Shown: piece after piece, positions 1 to 7,508 of the stretch | Layout: each line of letters starts with the position of its first letter | Numbering within the stretch: the first letter of the stretch is position 1 | From: a virus | Lineage: Duplodnaviria; Caudoviricetes | DNA length: 39,804 nucleotides | Direction: 5' to 3' (one strand) | Virus record (IMG/VR): IMGVR_UViG_3300031228_000016 | Location: 1-39,804 of that record | Program-made: the position numbers and the translations under genes | Notes under the pieces: model-generated | Databases searched by the model: none | What the model saw: the letters and a program-made list of their open reading frames with translations, nothing else | Told to the model about the DNA's origin: nothing

Positions 1-1
1 G

Positions 2-352
2 ACCTGGGTCGACGACTGGGCCGACCACGGCCGCGCCCACCGCACCCGCGGCGGCACCCTCCAGCAGCAGCTCGACGCCGCCGTCCAAACCCTCCGCTTC
101 AACCTCGACTGGGCGTCCGCTCAGCACCCCGCCTTTCCGGAATTCGCTGCTGAGGTGTGGCAGATCCGGCGCCAGTGCGAAGGCCAGATCACCGGCGAAC
201 GCGCCCCCCGCCGTATCGGAGTCGCCTGTGGCTGCGGCCAGACGTTGCGCATCACGCTGGACACCACCAAGGTCGTCTGCCCCGCCTGCGCTCAGCAGTA
301 CGGGCACTCCGAAGCACTGTCCCTCCCGCTCGCACAGCGGGCCGCGGCGTGA
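2..352 (+). CDS. 5'-truncated phage protein with a C-terminal zinc-ribbon-like motif (CGC...CPAC)
   Basis: Frame 2 is open from the window start (TWVDDWADHG...FNLDWASAQHPAFPEFAAEVWQIRRQCE...ACGCGQ...VCPACAQ...RAAA*) with GC-rich third positions. Confidence 0.75.
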   Translation, partial: TWVDDWADHGRAHRTRGGTLQQQLDAAVQTLRFNLDWASAQHPAFPEFAAEVWQIRRQCEGQITGERAPRRIGVACGCGQTLRITLDTTKVVCPACAQQYGHSEALSLPLAQRAAA

Positions 353-407
353 GTCCAGCTACCCCCAAGTAGCCGCACACTCTGCCGAATTGTGACATCC
401 TCTGATT

Positions 408-449
408 TGAATATTCACATGGCATCAGTGCTGCCATACTCGTGAATAT
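408..449. promoter_or_regulatory. AT-rich nested inverted repeat upstream of the HNH-helicase operon; putative promoter/operator
   Basis: Palindrome TGAATATTCA at 408-417. Inverted pairs ATATTCAC (411-418)/GTGAATAT (442-449) and ATGGCA (419-424)/TGCCAT (432-437). Confidence 0.5.
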
Positions 450-470
450 CCGGTTACGTCATGGCCAGAG

Positions 471-2363
471 ATGGCCACCTCGCAGACGGGACCCGCGGTG
501 ACTGAAGAGCCGCACGCCACCCCTAGACGCCGCTTCAACACCACAGAGCGCGTCTCCCTCTACCTCGCAGCCGACGGGCACTGCAGTCGATGCGGTGCCG
601 AACTCGAGGCCGGCTGGCACGCCGACCACATGACGCCGTACTCCCACGGCGGACCCACCGACGTCATCAACGGGCAGGCGCTCTGCCCCACTTGCAACCT
701 CAAGAAGGGCAACACCGTGGCCAATGGCGCCCGCGAATGGCAGACCCACGCCCGAGACCTGTTCCTGTCCCAGCCGAAGCGCGACTTCACCGTCGCCGCC
801 ACGCCCGGCGCCGGCAAGACGTGGTTCTCCCTGTCGCTTGCCAAACTCCTCGTCGACGAAGGCACTGCCGAGCGGGTCGTCGTAGTCGTACCCACCGATG
901 CTCTGCGCCAGCAGTGGGCAGACGCGGCAGAGCAGGTCGGCCTGTCGCTGATGCCGGTCTCGTGCCCCGACGACTACGACAAGCAGGGCTATCACGGCTG
1001 CGTCGTCACCTACGCCCAAGCCGCCCGCGGAGTCGGCGCCAGCCTGCTGCGGCGCGTAACCCGCCGTCGAACCATCGCCCTCCTGGACGAAATCCACCAC
1101 GCGGGAGAGCAGCGAGCGTGGGGTGACGGCCTCACCGACGCACTCGAGAACGCCGTACACCGCATCTGCCTGACGGGCACGCCATGGCGCAAAGACTCGA
1201 CCAGCCCCATCCCGTTCGTCACCTACGACGCCGACGGCAAGGTCATCGTCGACTTCGCCTACGAGTACGGCGAGGCTGTGTCCGACGGCGTGTGTCGCCG
1301 CATCGAGTTCCACGCCTACGACGGCGAAGCCCGCTGGGCCGACTGCGGAAAGATCAGCAGCTCCAGCCTCGGCAACAACCTCGCCGAGGTCGACGTATCG
1401 GCCGCGCTGGACACCGTGCTGCAGCCGAACCAGCCCTGGATGCCCGCGCTCCTGGCCCAGGCAGACAAGGCCCTCGACGAACTCCGCGCCGAAGTCCCCC
1501 ACGCGGGCGGCCTGGTCGTCGCTCACGAGATGTACCACGCCCGCGCCTACGCCGAGATCCTCAAGCACGTCACCGGCCAGGAGCCCACGATCGTCCTCTC
1601 GGACGACCCCGAAGCCAAGGGCAATATCGACCGCTTCAAAGACAGCACGAGCAAGTGGCTGGTCGCGGTCAAGATGGTGTCCGAGGGCGTCGATATCCCG
1701 CGCCTCGCCGTCGGCGTGTACGCCACCAAGACCAGAACCCCACTCTTCTTCCGGCAGGTCGTCGGCCGCTTCGTGCGCATGCAGAAGGGGGACGAGTTCA
1801 ACGCCCGCCTCTACATCCCGGCTGTGCCCGCACTGATGGAGCACGCGCGAGCCATCGAAGAGGAGCTGCGCCACCAGCTGGCTGTCGAGTTCGAGCGGGA
1901 GCGCAAGGCACGCGAGGACGCCGGGTACGGGCAGGGCGCTTTCGACTTCGAACGCCAGCCGCTGTCAGCCACAGAGGCGACCTTCGACCGGGCCATCCTC
2001 AACGGCGACGAAGTCACGCCAGAGGAGATCGAGCGGGCGACCGCATGGTGCCGCAGCAACGGCATCCCCACCACCTTTGCGACCAACGTCGCCCGTGGCC
2101 ACCGGTCGATGGAGCAGAACGGCGTCGAAGTCATCTCGCCCGAAGCTGTGCCGGTGGTCGCTGTCCCGCGTCACCGCCGTGAGCGGATGCTCCGCGGCGA
2201 GGTCGACACCCTGGCGGGCAAGGTGGCGTACCGGATGGGCATGCCGAAGAAGGACTTCAACTACTGGCTCCGCAAAGAGGGCTTCCCGCCCCGAGGCAAG
2301 GCGACGATCGAAGACCTGGAGCGCATGCAGGACTTCCTGGTGAAGCGGCTGGGGGAGTTGTGA
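471..2363 (+). CDS. HNH endonuclease fused to an SF2 DExH-box helicase (resembles the actinobacterial Rv2917/ResIII-like family)
   Basis: N-terminal CSRC...WHADH...GG...N...CPTCNLKKG (HNH). Walker A ATPGAGKT, motif Ia VVVPT, motif II DEIHH, motif III LTGTP, motif V SEGVDIP, motif VI QVVGRFVR. Alternative start GTG at 498. Confidence 0.9.
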   Translation: MATSQTGPAVTEEPHATPRRRFNTTERVSLYLAADGHCSRCGAELEAGWHADHMTPYSHGGPTDVINGQALCPTCNLKKGNTVANGAREWQTHARDLFLSQPKRDFTVAATPGAGKTWFSLSLAKLLVDEGTAERVVVVVPTDALRQQWADAAEQVGLSLMPVSCPDDYDKQGYHGCVVTYAQAARGVGASLLRRVTRRRTIALLDEIHHAGEQRAWGDGLTDALENAVHRICLTGTPWRKDSTSPIPFVTYDADGKVIVDFAYEYGEAVSDGVCRRIEFHAYDGEARWADCGKISSSSLGNNLAEVDVSAALDTVLQPNQPWMPALLAQADKALDELRAEVPHAGGLVVAHEMYHARAYAEILKHVTGQEPTIVLSDDPEAKGNIDRFKDSTSKWLVAVKMVSEGVDIPRLAVGVYATKTRTPLFFRQVVGRFVRMQKGDEFNARLYIPAVPALMEHARAIEEELRHQLAVEFERERKAREDAGYGQGAFDFERQPLSATEATFDRAILNGDEVTPEEIERATAWCRSNGIPTTFATNVARGHRSMEQNGVEVISPEAVPVVAVPRHRRERMLRGEVDTLAGKVAYRMGMPKKDFNYWLRKEGFPPRGKATIEDLERMQDFLVKRLGEL

Positions 2364-2968
2364 CGAACCTGAAGAAGAACGCCAACCTCGTTGAGGCACT
2401 GGGCTCGTCCCTGCGAAGTGGCGACCACGGGCTGAGGGCTGTGCCGGGTCTGGTGAAGCGTGTGCTCGCGGAGGAGGCGTGGCGCTCGTTTGTCACTCAG
2501 CGGGGCGAGCTCGTCGAGTACGACCGCTTCGAAGAATTCGTCACCACGCCTCCCCTGAAAGGACTCGGTGCGTCCGTCGCATTGGTACGCACGCTTGTGC
2601 AGAGTGACGCATTGGCGCTGGATCTATTTGATCGTGCGGTCCAAGTGGCCAATGGTGGCGATCGAAGGTCTGAGAGTTTCAGTGTGTATAACATGCACAC
2701 TGAAAACGAGGAGGACTCGAAGCGCACATCCCCTGCTGGCACCTCCCGTGAGGCTGGCCTGCGGCGCCTCCGCAAGGACCGCCCAGACCTCCACGCCGAG
2801 GTTCTCGCCGGCGCGCTGAGCACCCACGCCGCGATGGTCAAGGCCGGGTTCTGGCGCAAGAAGATCACCGTCCCCGTCGACACCCCACAGAACGCAGCCC
2901 GCGCCCTGCGCCGGAACCTCACGCCTGAGGCGGTGGAGGAACTGGCCCGCCTCCTCGCGGCCGAGTAG
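2360..2968 (+). CDS. Hypothetical, probably DNA-binding, protein with a GGDRRS motif and an LRRLRKDRPDLH...AAM..AGF helical C-terminus
   Basis: GTGA overlap with the helicase stop, GGGGAG RBS, and a terminator directly downstream. Confidence 0.8.
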   Translation: MTNLKKNANLVEALGSSLRSGDHGLRAVPGLVKRVLAEEAWRSFVTQRGELVEYDRFEEFVTTPPLKGLGASVALVRTLVQSDALALDLFDRAVQVANGGDRRSESFSVYNMHTENEEDSKRTSPAGTSREAGLRRLRKDRPDLHAEVLAGALSTHAAMVKAGFWRKKITVPVDTPQNAARALRRNLTPEAVEELARLLAAE

Positions 2969-2980
2969 CTGCGGCAACAC

Positions 2981-3012
2981 GAAGGCCCCTGCCCGGGCGG
3001 GCAGGGGCCTTC
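2981..3012. terminator. Bidirectional intrinsic terminator between convergent genes
   Basis: Perfect 14-bp stem GAAGGCCCCTGCCC-gggc-GGGCAGGGGCCTTC. Confidence 0.85.
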
Positions 3013-3026
3013 AGTCATGTCCGGGG

Positions 3027-3788
3027 TCAGGGCTTCTCGCTATCCACCTGCCAAGCTCCCGGCGGATAGACGTCCTCCCATACCTCAAGGGGGCCCTCCT
3101 CGTCGTGAAACACGTTGACGACCACCAGTACGGCGGCTGCGACATGGTTGGGCAGTTCGATGCCCAGTGCCGTCAACTCGTCGTTTGAGATGAGTCGTGC
3201 CGTGCGCCGCTCCGGGGAACGTGTCACCTCGCGTCCCGTGCGCTCGGTGTAGATCTCCTGCCACCAGCGCTCGAAAGGCTGCTCCTGGAGAAGCTCGGGC
3301 ACGTCCGCCAGCGCCCGGGTGTGGACGCAGGCGATGTCCAGCGTTGGCGGCCGGCCGGGGCGCCGGTGCACCTTTCGCCGCATGACGATCTCGTCGTGCG
3401 GCTCCACGTCGAGGAGTTCCGCGATCTTCGGATCTCCTGCGGACACGAGGCCGACCCAGTGCTTCGTCACTGTCTCGCCCGGGGCGTATGGCTGGCCGGT
3501 GCGCTCGATGCGCTTCAGGCGCGCGGCTCCCGTGATGGCTACGTCTGACTGTTCGACGACGGTGGTGCCGACGCCCGGCACAGTCTTGATCAGCCCTTCC
3601 GCCTTCAGGAGGCGGTATGCCGCATTGACTGTGGTCGGCGAGGTTTCGAACTTCTTGATCACCTCCTGGTAGGACGGCATATCCGCCCCGGGCTGGAGGG
3701 TCTCGTCTTCGATCAGCTTGCGGTAGTGCGCGGCAATCTCTGCCGGCGTCGTCTTCCGCCTGGGCGTCTTCCTGCCAGCGTTGGGCAC
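3027..3788 (-). CDS. GntR-family (HutC/UTRA-type) repressor, KorA/TraR-like regulator of the transfer operon
   Basis: wHTH IEDETLQPGADMPS...SPTTVNAAYRLLKAEGLI...PGVGTTV plus a UTRA-like C-terminal domain. Divergent from the operon containing traB, as in Streptomyces plasmids and AICEs. Confidence 0.88.
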   Translation of the reverse strand: MPNAGRKTPRRKTTPAEIAAHYRKLIEDETLQPGADMPSYQEVIKKFETSPTTVNAAYRLLKAEGLIKTVPGVGTTVVEQSDVAITGAARLKRIERTGQPYAPGETVTKHWVGLVSAGDPKIAELLDVEPHDEIVMRRKVHRRPGRPPTLDIACVHTRALADVPELLQEQPFERWWQEIYTERTGREVTRSPERRTARLISNDELTALGIELPNHVAAAVLVVVNVFHDEEGPLEVWEDVYPPGAWQVDSEKP

Positions 3789-3802
3789 GTCTGGGCCTCC
3801 TC

Positions 3803-3915
3803 TGTAGTACTACACGGGTCCTCCTCGAAGACTAGCGGCGGCTTCCCGGGGGCGAGCGCGGCGACTCTCTTCTGAGGTTCGGCGTGGGGCTTGCAAGTAG
3901 CACTACTGTAGTGCT
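3803..3915. promoter_or_regulatory. Putative GntR operator boxes in the divergent promoter region
   Basis: Perfect palindrome TGTAGTACTACA (3803-3814). Related AGTAGCACTACT (3896-3907) overlaps the inverted repeat AGCACTAC-T-GTAGTGCT (3899-3915). All share a GTAG/CTAC core. Confidence 0.7.
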
Positions 3916-4004
3916 TCACTTGGGCAAGCGAAAGGCCCCGCCCGGCGCTGGTACCGCCGAAAGGGGCCTTGGTCCGACTGCCTTCCTATCAAGGAGCACG
4001 AACC

Positions 4005-4451
4005 ATGAGCGCAACCGTACAGGCCGCCCCCGCCGGCCGCCCCTCCCGCATCGTGCCGGCCGTCGTGTCCGGCGCCCGCATCTACGTCGAATGCTTCGAC
4101 TGGTGCACGATCGATCATGTCGCCAACGGCGAAGGCTTCATCGAGGACATCTGGCACGGCGGCGACTACGCGAACCTGAGCGTCCCCCGCATCGGCCGCG
4201 ACAGTGAGCTCCTCGCCTTCGCCCGGATCGGGATCGACCCCGGATCCAGCGACGCGGCCAAGCGGTCCGCGTTCGTGTTCGTCGACGACGGCGGCGAGGG
4301 CTACGAGATGAGCCCCGACCAGGCCGACCGGTTCGCCGACGACCTGGTCCGCTTCGCCGCCGAGATCCGCGGCATGGCGGCGACGGCCCAAGCCGCGACC
4401 GACTCCGACCCGGACATGGACGAGGCCCTGCGCCGCGTCCGCGGCGAGTGA
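4005..4451 (+). CDS. Hypothetical protein (DUF6907-like, CxxWC...H...WH motif)
   Basis: AAGGAG RBS at 3991-3996 before ATG 4005; sequence ECFDWCTIDH...DIWH. Confidence 0.75.
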   Translation: MSATVQAAPAGRPSRIVPAVVSGARIYVECFDWCTIDHVANGEGFIEDIWHGGDYANLSVPRIGRDSELLAFARIGIDPGSSDAAKRSAFVFVDDGGEGYEMSPDQADRFADDLVRFAAEIRGMAATAQAATDSDPDMDEALRRVRGE

Positions 4452-4672
4452 TGGCCATGTCCTACACGCCGCTGTACGACCCGGAGACGGAGGGGCGTAG
4501 CTACGTCCCGCCGCTGGAGCAGGCCATCGAGCGGGCTCGTGAGGTTCTCGACGAGAAGGCCGCCGCGAACATCCACGACCAGGACGAGATGATTCGCGCC
4601 GCCGTCGGCCTCGAGCACGTCCTCCGCGACCTCCTGGCCGCCCTGGACCGCAAGGACGGTGGCCAGCGATGA
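4448..4672 (+). CDS. Small hypothetical protein
   Basis: Overlaps both neighbouring genes by 4 nt; typical codon usage. Confidence 0.7.
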   Translation: MMAMSYTPLYDPETEGRSYVPPLEQAIERAREVLDEKAAANIHDQDEMIRAAVGLEHVLRDLLAALDRKDGGQR

Positions 4673-4812
4673 CCGCCGCCGAAGCCAAGTCAGCCGCGCA
4701 CGCCCTGCTTGCCGAGCAGACTCGCCGCGCCCAGGAAGCCGCCCGCGCCGCGCAGCAGGCCGCCGAGAACGCCGCCTGGCGTCGGCAGGCCCTCGAAGCC
4801 ACCCGCCGCTAA
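4669..4812 (+). CDS. 47-aa Ala-rich helical protein (MTAAEAKSAAHALLAEQTRR...EATRR), not in the ORF track
   Basis: ATGA overlap with the upstream stop, AAGGA upstream, TAA at 4810-4812. Confidence 0.65.
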   Translation: MTAAEAKSAAHALLAEQTRRAQEAARAAQQAAENAAWRRQALEATRR

Positions 4813-4828
4813 CCCACGGAGGACTGTC

Positions 4829-4996
4829 ATGCCCAGCAAGAAGTCCCTCGCCGCCTCGCTCGCCGCGGCCGACGCGAAGGTCGCCGGTTTCCTGAACGGC
4901 ACCGGCCCGGAGATGACGGCCGCCGAACTGCGCGACGCGCACCGGATCCTCGCCGCCGCGGTGAAGGCCGGCGTCACCCGAGCCGACCGCCGCTAA
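4829..4996 (+). CDS. 55-aa hypothetical protein (MPSKKSLAAS...AVKAGVTRADRR)
   Basis: GGAGG RBS 6 nt before ATG 4829. Confidence 0.75.
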   Translation: MPSKKSLAASLAAADAKVAGFLNGTGPEMTAAELRDAHRILAAAVKAGVTRADRR

Positions 4997-5080
4997 CCCC
5001 CAGACCGCCTCGGCGCGGACCCTACCCCCGCCCCGCGCCGAGGCCCCCACCCATCCGCAAGCCATCGAAGGAGTACCCCC

Positions 5081-5275
5081 ATGTCTCTTCGCCTGATCAC
5101 CACCGCCGTCCTCGACGCCTACGAGGCCGAACTGCAGGCCCGCCGTGACCTGACCGCCCGCTACGAGTGGGCGCTCCGCGACGGCGACGAGCTCGAGCTG
5201 CGCCGCGTCGAGGCGCTCATCGCCGACCACGACCACCGGCACGGCACCCAGCTGTCCGCCGACCTCGCCGCCTGA
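5081..5275 (+). CDS. Small hypothetical protein
   Basis: AAGGAG RBS and strong GC3 bias. Confidence 0.75.
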   Translation: MSLRLITTAVLDAYEAELQARRDLTARYEWALRDGDELELRRVEALIADHDHRHGTQLSADLAA

Positions 5276-5291
5276 CCCCGGAAGGAACCTC

Positions 5292-5480
5292 ATGAACAAG
5301 CAGACCGCTGCCCGTGCCGCAGCCGACGCCGGAGACGTGCTGGCGCAGGCCATCAACGACTTCGGGCTCACCAGCCGGCAGGCCCGGGGCGCCACCAAGG
5401 CCGCAGCCGACGCAACGGAGAAGGCCCTCCGTGCCGGGTGCACCCGCACCGACATCACCAACGCCCGCCGCAACCGCTGA
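5292..5480 (+). CDS. Small hypothetical protein (…ALRAGCTRTD…)
   Basis: GAAGGA RBS and strong GC3 bias. Confidence 0.75.
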   Translation: MNKQTAARAAADAGDVLAQAINDFGLTSRQARGATKAAADATEKALRAGCTRTDITNARRNR

Positions 5481-5509
5481 CCAGCCGTCCGATCCGAGAG
5501 GAGCCCGCC

Positions 5510-5698
5510 ATGGGCCTGTTCAACCGCAAGACCGAGCCGAAGGGCTACCAGCCCACCAACACCGAGATCCAGGAGGCAGCCGACAAGCTCAACCAGGGCA
5601 GCCACCACGCCGCCTGGGACCTCACCCTCCACTCCGGCGACTACCGCCAGCAGACCGCGATGCGCATCCTCGGCGCGTCCGTCCAGGACGGGGAGTGA
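5510..5698 (+). CDS. 62-aa hypothetical protein (MGLFNRKTEPKG…)
   Basis: GAGGAG RBS before ATG 5510. Confidence 0.75.
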   Translation: MGLFNRKTEPKGYQPTNTEIQEAADKLNQGSHHAAWDLTLHSGDYRQQTAMRILGASVQDGE

Positions 5699-5700
5699 CC

Positions 5701-5883
5701 GTGGCCACCCCGAAGCTCACCACCGGCGAGAAGGCCAAGCTCGCGTGGCTCACGGCCCGCATGGCGAAGCGCGGCTTGGCCGATGACCGGCAGTACGGCG
5801 GCCGGGTCAAGCAGAGCGACCTGCAGCGCAAGTTCGAGCGAGTCCTCGACGGCGCCCGCAAGCGCGAACAGCAGGACCAGTAG
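5701..5883 (+). CDS. DUF6257-like small basic protein
   Basis: GGGGAG RBS; KLTTGEKAKLAWLTARMAKRGLA motif recalled from Streptomyces mobile elements. Confidence 0.7.
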   Translation: MATPKLTTGEKAKLAWLTARMAKRGLADDRQYGGRVKQSDLQRKFERVLDGARKREQQDQ

Positions 5884-5978
5884 CGCCTGGCCGGCTGCCC
5901 GCGGTCCCCGTCTCGAACGGGGGCCGTGGAGAACCGGCGCAGACCACCGACCACCACCGCCCGAAGGGCCGACCACCC

Positions 5979-6170
5979 ATGAAGCAGTTGATCTGGATCC
6001 TCGCCGCCGTCGCTCTCCTGCTCCTCTTCCCGGGCCTCGGGAGCGCGATCGCCGCGACCGTCACCCCCGTCATCACCTGGATCGCCTCGCAGCCCGTGCT
6101 CCTCGGCTTCGGCCTCGGCGCCGTCGCCTGGCCCCACCTCCAGCGCACCTGCACCGCCAAGCGCGCCTGA
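5979..6170 (+). CDS. Small membrane protein (2 hydrophobic segments), Spd-like accessory
   Basis: LIWILAAVALLLLFPGLG and PVLLGFGLGAVAW segments; lies directly before the spdB-like and traB genes. Confidence 0.7.
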   Translation: MKQLIWILAAVALLLLFPGLGSAIAATVTPVITWIASQPVLLGFGLGAVAWPHLQRTCTAKRA

Positions 6171-6203
6171 ACCACACCGCACACAGAAGGGATACCGATC
6201 ACC

Positions 6204-7508
6204 GTGAGCACCGCCTCCATTGAGAAGGTCAACGGTCACGCCGTGGCCGAGCCGCGGTTCGACCCCGTCGCGCTCGCCGAGGCGGAAGCCATCCGGACCC
6301 GGGCCGACGCCGAAGCCAAGGCTCTGCGCATCAAGGCCGAAGGTGAGGCCGACGCTGCCCGTGCCCTCGCCGCCGAGCAGGCCGAGGAACTGCGTCTGGC
6401 CAACGAGCGCAAGCGCATTCGCTTGGAGAAGGATCAGGCCGACCACAAGGCCTACCTCGCGAAGAAGGCGGCCGAGGCCGCGAAGTCTGCGGCCGAGAAG
6501 GATCAGGCCGAGAAGGCAGACGAAGAGAAGGCCGCCCAGGAGGCGCAGCACGCCGCCGAGCAGGAGCGCAGCGAGCAGCTGTGGAAGTGGGGCGCTCGCG
6601 GCATCTACGCCGTCGGTCTCGTGATTGCGGCCCCGGTGCAGCTCCTTCACTTCTGGGACCCGGCGCGGAAGTTCCTCCTGGCAGCCCCCTTCCTGCTTGA
6701 GGGTCTGGCGCTGGTGCTGGCGTTCGGCGCCGCGTGGGCGGTCGCGCACCGTCGGGATGTCGCCCCGTACCGCATCGGCATCATGATCTCCGCCGCCATC
6801 GCTGCGGCGATCAACCTGCATGGCGGCCTCACGAAGCCGGAGATCGGCTTCAATGCCGGCCTCATCGGCGCCATCGCCTCCCTCGGTGGCCCGATCGTCC
6901 TCATGGCCTACGAGCACGGAAAGGCGCAGCAGGCCGACGGCATCCCGTCCTGGCGGGAGCGCAGGGCAGCCGCTCGTGCCGCCGACGAGCAGGCGGCGGC
7001 GAAGGAGAAGGCCCGCCTCGAAAAGCAGGACGCCGAGCACAAGGCGGCTGCCGAGAAGGCGACTGCCGAGAAGGCGGCCGAAGAGGAGCAGGCGCGGAAG
7101 GACGCGGACCGGCGCGCCAGCCACGAGAGCGTGTGGAAGACCGCCGACGCGATGCGTGCGGCCCGCGGCCTGCAGTACGTCACCGAGCAGATCTGGGGCG
7201 AGGCCTGGTACCGGGAGACCGGCTCCAAGGTTGTCGGCATCACCCCCGAGATCGAAGCCCGTTCCAAGGCCGCGCAGGCCCGCATGAAGGTCGCCACCGG
7301 CGTTCCGATAATCGGCGACTTTTCGCAGGTCACTTCCCAAAAGGAACCCCGCCCGAAGAAGGACCCGGAGGCCCCCGACGGACGCCGGTTCAACGGCGGC
7401 ACCCCGCCCCGCCGCACCAAGGGCGACACGCAGCCGTACAGCGACATCGCGAAGAAGCAGGCAGCCCTCGAGCAGGCCGCCGCCACAGCCTCCGAGGAGC
7501 AGAAGTGA
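6204..7508 (+). CDS. SpdB2-like spread protein: N-terminal coiled coil, four TM helices, charged C-terminus
   Basis: A/E/K-rich coiled coil, then four hydrophobic segments (GIYAVGLVIAAPVQLL, FLLAAPFLLEGLALVLAFGAAWAV, IGIMISAAIAAAINL, AGLIGAIASLGGPIVLMAY). GTGA-coupled to traB. Confidence 0.75.
   Translation: MSTASIEKVNGHAVAEPRFDPVALAEAEAIRTRADAEAKALRIKAEGEADAARALAAEQAEELRLANERKRIRLEKDQADHKAYLAKKAAEAAKSAAEKDQAEKADEEKAAQEAQHAAEQERSEQLWKWGARGIYAVGLVIAAPVQLLHFWDPARKFLLAAPFLLEGLALVLAFGAAWAVAHRRDVAPYRIGIMISAAIAAAINLHGGLTKPEIGFNAGLIGAIASLGGPIVLMAYEHGKAQQADGIPSWRERRAAARAADEQAAAKEKARLEKQDAEHKAAAEKATAEKAAEEEQARKDADRRASHESVWKTADAMRAARGLQYVTEQIWGEAWYRETGSKVVGITPEIEARSKAAQARMKVATGVPIIGDFSQVTSQKEPRPKKDPEAPDGRRFNGGTPPRRTKGDTQPYSDIAKKQAALEQAAATASEEQK

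Noticed and set aside
696-2380. NLKK peptide shared by the end of the HNH domain and the start of the partner protein
   Set aside because: Only four residues, and NLKK is a common HNH ending; probably chance.
6734-7504. N-terminal extension of the 959-aa ORF-track call for TraB
   Set aside because: It is an Arg/Gly-rich out-of-frame reading of the spdB-like gene. The coupled GTG at 7505 with an upstream GAGGAG is the better start. Similar over-extensions were trimmed for the ORFs at 9632, 21194, 28112, 29809, 30963, 34040 and 36885.
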